Both the position numbers and the translations under genes were made by a program. Below the pieces are notes generated by a model, which had not been told where the DNA came from, did no database searches, and saw nothing but the letters and a program-made list of their open reading frames with translations. This document shows positions 56,370 to 64,000 of a stretch of 64,000 nt of DNA, piece by piece; position 1 is the stretch's first letter, and each line of letters opens with the position of its first letter. Source of the DNA: Eledone cirrhosa (taxonomy: Eukaryota); NCBI GenBank assembly GCA_964016885.1, contig OZ024742.1, positions 367,536,001 through 367,600,000 on the forward strand, given 5' to 3'.

Positions 56370-59300
56370 GACGAATGTTCGATTGGGAAACCAGCTGGTT
56401 TTATCTGGTCCTGTATCATTTAGTGATCACTCATGGTCGAATGTTCGATTGGGAAACCAGCTGGTTTTATCTGGTCCTGTATCATTTGGTGATCACTCAT
56501 GGTCGAATGTTCGATTGGGAAACCAGCTGGATTTCCCTGGTCCTGTATCATTTAGTGATCACTCATGGTCGAATGTTCGATTGGGAAACCAGCTGGTTTT
56601 ATCTGGTCCTGTATCATTTGGTGAGCCCTATTGGTCGAATGTTCGATTGGAAAACCAGCTGGTTTTAACGTGTCCTGTATCATTTGGTGATCACTAATGG
56701 TCGAATGTTCGATTGGGAAACTAGCTGGTTTTATCTGGTCCTGTATCATTTGGTGATCACTCATGGTCGAATGTTCGATTGGGAAACTAGCTGGTTTTAT
56801 CTGGTCCTGTATCATTTGGTGATCACTCATGGTCGAATGTTCGATTGGGAAAACAGCTGGTTTTATCTGGTCCTGTGTCATTTGGTGATCACTAATGGTC
56901 GAATGTTCGATTGGGAAACCAGCTGGTTTTATGTGGTCCTGTATCATTTGGTGATCACTAATGGGCGAATGTTCGATTGGGAAACCAGCTGGTTTTATCT
57001 GGTCCTGTGTCATTTGGTGATCACTAATGGTCGAATGTTCGATTGGGAAACCAGCTGGTTTTATCTGGTCCTGTGTCATTTGGTGATCACTAATGGTCGA
57101 ATGTTCGATTGGGAAACCAGCTGGTTTTATCTGGTCCTGTATCATTTGGTGATCACTCATGGTCGAATCTTCGATTGGGAAACCAGCTGGTTTTATATGG
57201 TCCTGTGTCATTTGGTGATCACTAATGGTCGAATGTTCGATTGGGAAACTAGCTGGTTTTATCTGGTCCTGTATCATTTGGTGATCACTCATGGTCGAAT
57301 GTTCGATTGGGAAACCAGCTGGTTTTATCTGGTCCTGTATCATTTGGTGATCACTAATGGTCGAATGTTCGATTGGGAAACCAGCTGGTTTTATCTGGTC
57401 CTGTATCATTTGGTGATCACTCATGGTCGAATGTTCGATTGGGAAACCAGCTGGTTTTATCTGGTCCTGTATCATTTGGTGATCACTAATGGGCGAATGT
57501 TCGATTGGGAAACCAGCTGGTTTTATCTGGGCCTGTGTCATTTGGTGATCACTAATGGTCGAATGTTCGATTGGGAAACCAGATGGTTCTATCTTGTCCT
57601 GTATCATTTGGTGATCACTATTGGTCGAATGTTCGATTGGGAAACCAGCTGGTTTTATCTGGTCCTGTATCATTTGGTGATCACTCATGTTCGAATGTTC
57701 GATTGGGAAACCAGCTGGTTTTATCTGGTCCTGTATCATTTGGTAATCACTAATGGTCGAATGTTTGATTGGGAAATCAGCTGGTTTTATCTGGTCCTGT
57801 ATCATTTGGTGATCACTCATGGTCGAATGTTCGATTGGAAAACCAGCTGGTTTTATCTGGTCCTGTATCATTTGGTGATCACTCATGGACGAATGTTCGA
57901 TTGGGAAACCAGCTGGTTTTATCTGGTCCTGTATCATTTAGTGATCACTCATGGTCGAATGTTCGATTGGGAAACCAGCTGGTTTTATCTGGTCCTGTAT
58001 CATTTGGTGATCACTCATGGTCGAATGTTCGATTGGGAAACCAGCTGGTTTTACCTGGTCCTGTATCATTTGGTGATCACTCATGGTCGAATGTTCGATT
58101 GGGAAACCAGCTGGTTTTATCTGGTCCTGTATCATTTGGTGAGCCCTATTGGTCAAATGTTCGATTGGGAAACCAGCTGGTTTTATCTGGTCCTATATCA
58201 TTTGGTGATCACTCATGGTCGAATGTTCGATTGGGAAACCAGCTGGTTTTATCGTGTCCTGTATCATTTGGTGATCACTAATGGTCGAATGTTCGATTGG
58301 GAAACCAGCTGGTTTTATCTTGTCCTGTATCATTTGGTGATCACTATTGGTCGAATGTTCGATTGGGAAACCAGCTGGTTTTATCTGGTCCTGTATCATT
58401 TGGTGATCACTGATGGTCGAATGTTCGATTGGGAAACTAGCTGGTTTTATCTGGTCCTGTATAATTTGGTGATCACTCATGGTCGAATGTTCGATTGGGA
58501 AACCAGCTGGTTTTATCTGGTCCTGTATCATTTGGTGATCACTCATGGTCGAATGTTCGATTGGGAAACCAGCTGGTTTTATCTGGTCTTGTATCATTTG
58601 GTGATCACTAATGGGCGAATGTTCGATTGGGAAACCAGCTGGTTTTATCTGGTCCTGTGTCATTTGGTGATCACTAATGGTCGAATGTTCGATTGGGAAA
58701 CCAGCTGGTTTTATCTGGTCCTGAGTCATTTGGTGATCACTAATGGTCGAATGTTCGATTTGGAAACCAGCTGGTTTTATCTGGTCCTGTATCATTTGGT
58801 GATCACTCATGGTCGAATGTTCGATTGGGAAACCAGCTGGTTTTATCTGGTCCTGTGTCATTTGGTGATCACTAATGGTCGAATGTTCGATTGGGAAACT
58901 AGCTGGTTTTATCTGGTCCTGTATCATTTGGTGATCACTCATGGTCGAATGCTCGATTGGGAAACCAGCTGGTTTTATCTGGTCCTGTATCATTTGGTGA
59001 TCACTAATGGTCGAATGTTCGATTGGGAAACCAGCTGGTTTTATCTGGTCCTGTATCATTTGGTGATCACTCATGGCCGAATGTTCGATTGGGAAACCAG
59101 CTGGTTTTATCTGGTCCTGTATCATTTGGTGATCACTAATGGGCGAATGTTCGATTGGGAAACCAGCTGGTTTTATCTGGGCCTGTGTCATTTGGTGATC
59201 ACTAATGGTCGAATGTTCGATTGGGAAACCAGCTGGTTTTATCTTGTCCTGTATCATTTGGTGATCACTATTGGTAGAATGTTCGATTGGGAAACCAGCT

Positions 59301-62300
59301 GGTTTTATCTGGTCCTGTATCATTTGGTGATCACTCATGTTCGAATGTTCGATTGGGAAACCAGCTGGTTTTATCTGGTCCTGTATCATTTGGTAATCAC
59401 TAATGGTCGAATGTTTGATTGGGAAACCAGCTGGTTTTATCTGCTCCTGTATCATTTGGTGATCACTCATGGTCGAATGTTCGATTGGGAAACCAGCTGG
59501 TTTTACCTGGTCCTGTATCATTTGGTGATCACTCATGGTCGAATGTTCGATTGGAAAACCAGCTGGTTTTATCTGGTCCTGTATCATTTGGTGAGCCCTA
59601 TTGGTCAAATGTTCGATTGGGAAACCAGCTGGTTTTATCTGGTCCTATATCATTTGGTGATCACTCATGGTCGAATGTTCGATTGGGAAACCAGCTGGTT
59701 TTATCGTGTCCTGTATCATTTGGTGATCACTAATGGTCGAATGTTCGATTGGGAAACCAGCTGGTTTTATCTTGTCCTGTATCATTTGGTGATCACTATT
59801 GGTCGAATGTTCGATTGGGAAACCAGCTGGTTTTATCTGGTCCTGTGTCATTTGGTGATCACTAATGGTCGAATGTTCGATTGGGAAACCAGCTGGTTTT
59901 ATCTGGTCCTGAGTCATTTGGTGATCACTAATGGTCGAATGTTCGATTGGGAAACCAGCTGGTTTTATCTGGTCCTGTATCATTTGGTGATCACTCATGG
60001 TCGAATGTTCGATTGGGAAACCAGCTGGTTTTATCTGGTCCTGTGTCATTTGGTGATCACTAATGGTCGAATGTTCGATTGGGAAACTAGCTGGTTTTAT
60101 CTGGTCCTGTATCATTTGGTGATCACTCATGGACGAATGTTCGATTGGGAAACCAGCTGGTTTTATCTGGTCCTGTATCATTTAGTGATCACTCATGGTC
60201 GAATGTTCGATTGGGAAACCAGCTGGTTTTATCTGGTCCTGTATCATTTGGTGATCACTCATGGTCGAATGTTCGATTGGGAAACCAGCTGGATTTCCCT
60301 GGTCCTGTATCATCTGGTGATCACTCATGGTCGAATGTTCGATTGGGAAACCAGCTGGTTTTATCTGGTCCTGTATCATTTGGTGAGCCCTATTGGTCGA
60401 ATGTTCGATTGGAAAACCAGCTGGTTTTAACGTGTCCTGTATCATTTGGTGATCACTAATGGTCGAATGTTCGATTGGGAAACTAGCTGGTTTTATCTGG
60501 TCCTGTATCATTTGGTGATCACTCATGGTCGAATGTTCGATTGGGAAACTAGCTGGTTTTATCTGGTCCTGTATCATTTGGTGATCACTCATGGTCGAAT
60601 GTTCGATTGGGAAAACAGCTGGTTTTATCTGGTCCTGTGTCATTTGGTGATCACTAATGGTCGAATGTTCGATTGGGAAACCAGCTGGTTTTATGTGGTC
60701 CTGTATCATTTGGTGATCACTAATGGGCGAATGTTCGATTGGGAAACCAGCTGGTTTTATCTGGTCCTGTGTCATTTGGTGATCACTAATGGTCGAATGT
60801 TCGATTGGGAAACCAGCTGGTTTTATCTGGTCCTGTGTCATTTGGTGATCACTAATGGTCGAATGTTCGATTGGGAAACCAGCTGGTTTTATCTGGTCCT
60901 GTATCATTTGGTGATCACTCATGGTCGAATCTTCGATTGGGAAACCAGCTGGTTTTATATGGTCCTGTGTCATTTGGTGATCACTAATGGTCGAATGTTC
61001 GATTGGGAAACTAGCTGGTTTTATCTGGTCCTGTATCATTTGGTGATCACTCATGGTCGAATGTTCGATTGGGAAACCAGCTGGTTTTATCTGGTCCTGT
61101 ATCATTTGGTGATCACTAATGGTCGAATGTTCGATTGGGAAACCAGCTGGTTTTATCTGGTCCTGTATCATTTGGTGATCACTCATGGTCGAATGTTCGA
61201 TTGGGAAACCAGCTGGTTTTATCTGGTCCTGTATCATTTGGTGATCACTAATGGGCGAATGTTCGATTGGGAAACCAGCTGGTTTTATCTGGGCCTGTGT
61301 CATTTGGTGATCACTAATGGTCGAATGTTCGATTGGGAAACCAGATGGTTCTATCTTGTCCTGTATCATTTGGTGATCACTATTGGTCGAATGTTCGATT
61401 GGGAAACCAGCTGGTTTTATCTGGTCCTGTATCATTTGGTGATCACTCATGTTCGAATGTTCGATTGGGAAACCAGCTGGTTTTATCTGGTCCTGTATCA
61501 TTTGGTAATCACTAATGGTCGAATGTTTGATTGGGAAATCAGCTGGTTTTATCTGGTCCTGTATCATTTGGTGATCACTCATGGTCGAATGTTCGATTGG
61601 AAAACCAGCTGGTTTTATCTGGTCCTGTATCATTTGGTGATCACTCATGGACGAATGTTCGATTGGGAAACCAGCTGGTTTTATCTGGTCCTGTATCATT
61701 TAGTGATCACTCATGGTCGAATGTTCGATTGGGAAACCAGCTGGTTTTATCTGGTCCTGTATCATTTGGTGATCACTCATGGTCGAATGTTCGATTGGGA
61801 AACCAGCTGGTTTTACCTGGTCCTGTATCATTTGGTGATCACTCATGGTCGAATGTTCGATTGGGAAACCAGCTGGTTTTATCTGGTCCTGTATCATTTG
61901 GTGAGCCCTATTGGTCAAATGTTCGATTGGGAAACCAGCTGGTTTTATCTGGTCCTATATCATTTGGTGATCACTCATGGTCGAATGTTCGATTGGGAAA
62001 CCAGCTGGTTTTATCGTGTCCTGTATCATTTGGTGATCACTAATGGTCGAATGTTCGATTGGGAAACCAGCTGGTTTTATCTTGTCCTGTATCATTTGGT
62101 GATCACTATTGGTCGAATGTTCGATTGGGAAACCAGCTGGTTTTATCTGGTCCTGTATCATTTGGTGATCACTGATGGTCGAATGTTCGATTGGGAAACT
62201 AGCTGGTTTTATCTGGTCCTGTATAATTTGGTGATCACTCATGGTCGAATGTTCGATTGGGAAACCAGCTGGTTTTATCTGGTCCTGTATCATTTGGTGA

Positions 62301-63890
62301 TCACTCATGGTCGAATGTTCGATTGGGAAACCAGCTGGTTTTATCTGGTCTTGTATCATTTGGTGATCACTAATGGGCGAATGTTCGATTGGGAAACCAG
62401 CTGGTTTTATCTGGTCCTGTGTCATTTGGTGATCACTAATGGTCGAATGTTCGATTGGGAAACCAGCTGGTTTTATCTGGTCCTGAGTCATTTGGTGATC
62501 ACTAATGGTCGAATGTTCGATTTGGAAACCAGCTGGTTTTATCTGGTCCTGTATCATTTGGTGATCACTCATGGTCGAATGTTCGATTGGGAAACCAGCT
62601 GGTTTTATCTGGTCCTGTGTCATTTGGTGATCACTAATGGTCGAATGTTCGATTGGGAAACTAGCTGGTTTTATCTGGTCCTGTATCATTTGGTGATCAC
62701 TCATGGTCGAATGCTCGATTGGGAAACCAGCTGGTTTTATCTGGTCCTGTATCATTTGGTGATCACTAATGGTCGAATGTTCGATTGGGAAACCAGCTGG
62801 TTTTATCTGGTCCTGTATCATTTGGTGATCACTCATGGCCGAATGTTCGATTGGGAAACCAGCTGGTTTTATCTGGTCCTGTATCATTTGGTGATCACTA
62901 ATGGGCGAATGTTCGATTGGGAAACCAGCTGGTTTTATCTGGGCCTGTGTCATTTGGTGATCACTAATGGTCGAATGTTCGATTGGGAAACCAGCTGGTT
63001 TTATCTTGTCCTGTATCATTTGGTGATCACTATTGGTAGAATGTTCGATTGGGAAACCAGCTGGTTTTATCTGGTCCTGTATCATTTGGTGATCACTCAT
63101 GTTCGAATGTTCGATTGGGAAACCAGCTGGTTTTATCTGGTCCTGTATCATTTGGTAATCACTAATGGTCGAATGTTTGATTGGGAAACCAGCTGGTTTT
63201 ATCTGCTCCTGTATCATTTGGTGATCACTCATGGTCGAATGTTCGATTGGGAAACCAGCTGGTTTTACCTGGTCCTGTATCATTTGGTGATCACTCATGG
63301 TCGAATGTTCGATTGGGAAACCAGCTGGTTTTATCTGGTCCTGTATCATTTGGTGAGCCCTATTGGTCAAATGTTCGATTGGGAAACCAGCTGGTTTTAT
63401 CTGGTCCTATATCATTTGGTGATCACTCATGGTCGAATGTTCGATTGGGAAACCAGCTGGTTTTATCGTGTCCTGTATCATTTGGTGATCACTAATGGTC
63501 GAATGTTCGATTGGGAAACCAGCTGGTTTTATCTTGTCCTGTATCATTTGGTGATCACTATTGGTCGAATGTTCGATTGGGAAACCAGCTGGTTTTATCT
63601 GGTCCTGTGTCATTTGGTGATCACTAATGGTCGAATGTTCGATTGGGAAACCAGCTGGTTTTATCTGGTCCTGAGTCATTTGGTGATCACTAATGGTCGA
63701 ATGTTCGATTGGGAAACCAGCTGGTTTTATCTGGTCCTGTATCATTTGGTGATCACTCATGGTCGAATGTTCGATTGGGAAACCAGCTGGTTTTATCTGG
63801 TCCTGTGTCATTTGGTGATCACTAATGGTCGAATGTTCGATTGGGAAACTAGCTGGTTTTATCTGGTCCTGTATCATTTGGTGATCACTC
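56370..63890. repeat. Higher-order tandem duplication, period 3762 bp (57 monomers), 2 copies, with an internal 1452-bp duplication
   Basis: ORF pairs 57571/61333, 57938/61700, 58193/61955 and 59645/63407 differ by 3762. The internal pairs 58193/59645 and 58156/59608 differ by 1452. Confidence 0.94.
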
Positions 63891-64000
63891 ATGGTCGAAT
63901 GCTCGATTGGGAAACCAGCTGGTTTTATCTGGTCCTGTATCATTTGGTGATCACTAATGGTCGAATGTTCGATTGGGAAACCAGCTGGTTTTATCTGGTC

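Larger units (their letters stand above)
1..64000. repeat. Tandem satellite DNA array, 66-bp monomer, about 970 copies, single orientation
   Basis: The monomer GGTCGAATGTTCGATTGGGAAACCAGCTGGTTTTATCTGGTCCTGTATCATTTGGTGATCACTCAT starts at 1, 67, 133 and so on; the last start is 63959 (969x66+4 from base 1). Most copies differ from consensus at only a few positions. Every ORF in the track has 22-aa periodicity. Confidence 0.99.

Noticed and set aside
7-60430. Long plus-strand ORFs of (MFDWETSWFYLVLYHLVITHGR)n as a giant membrane or repeat protein gene
   Set aside because: There are no unique termini or domains. Frameshifts and stop variants (TGGTAA, CTGTAA, CATTAA, GGTTGA, TTTTAA) are amplified along with the HORs, common variants are largely non-synonymous, and the W/F/Y content is implausible.
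1115-63943. Minus-strand ORFs of (MSDHQMIQDQIKPAGFPIEHST)n as real CDS
   Set aside because: They are repeatedly terminated by the recurrent G45A and G54A variants and by the same frameshifts. ORF limits simply track repeat variants.
1-64000. CRISPR array or other repeat-spacer system, suggested by the palindromic repeat and 66-bp period
   Set aside because: All 66 positions are conserved between units. There are no unique spacers, no leader and no cas genes.
1-64000. Silent-cassette, diversity-generating or information-coding array
   Set aside because: Variation consists of sparse point changes inherited in duplicated blocks. There is no hypervariable window, no adenine-specific bias, and no RT or recombinase gene. 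Unequal exchange explains the pattern.
1-64000. Tandem tRNA, 5S or snRNA gene cluster
   Set aside because: GTTCGA superficially resembles a B-box or T-loop, but there is no GGTTCGANNCC stem, no cloverleaf and no recognisable RNA family, and the unit is too short.
1-64000. Rolling-circle or sequencing concatemer artefact
   Set aside because: Variants are shared in nested, ordered patterns across multi-kb distances rather than appearing as random errors. This indicates genuine evolutionary history, although individual duplications still need read support.

Overview
The whole 64-kb window is one uninterrupted head-to-tail tandem array of a 66-bp satellite-type monomer: 969 complete monomers plus a 42-bp partial one, all in the same orientation and running off both ends. 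The consensus is GGTCGAATGTTCGATTGGGAAACCAGCTGGTTTTATCTGGTCCTGTATCATTTGGTGATCACTCAT (about 44% GC, G+T-rich on +). I see no unique sequence, gene, RNA gene, transposon, inversion or CRISPR spacer. The many long ORFs arise because 66 is divisible by 3 and three of the six consensus frames lack stops; they are broken by frameshifts and nonsense variants, so I treat them as artefacts. The real structure is at two levels. (1) Each monomer carries three dyad-symmetric elements and a two-unit nGAAnnTTCn heat-shock-element-like motif. (2) Diagnostic variant monomers show nested higher-order repeats (periods of about 1188, 1254, 1452, 2840, 2904, 3431, 3564, 3762, 4027, 4491 and 6070 bp) and spatially segregated monomer subfamilies. 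I cannot assign the organism or satellite family from sequence alone, and a eukaryotic (peri)centromeric or heterochromatic origin is inference. All counts and boundaries were read by eye or taken from ORF-track offsets.
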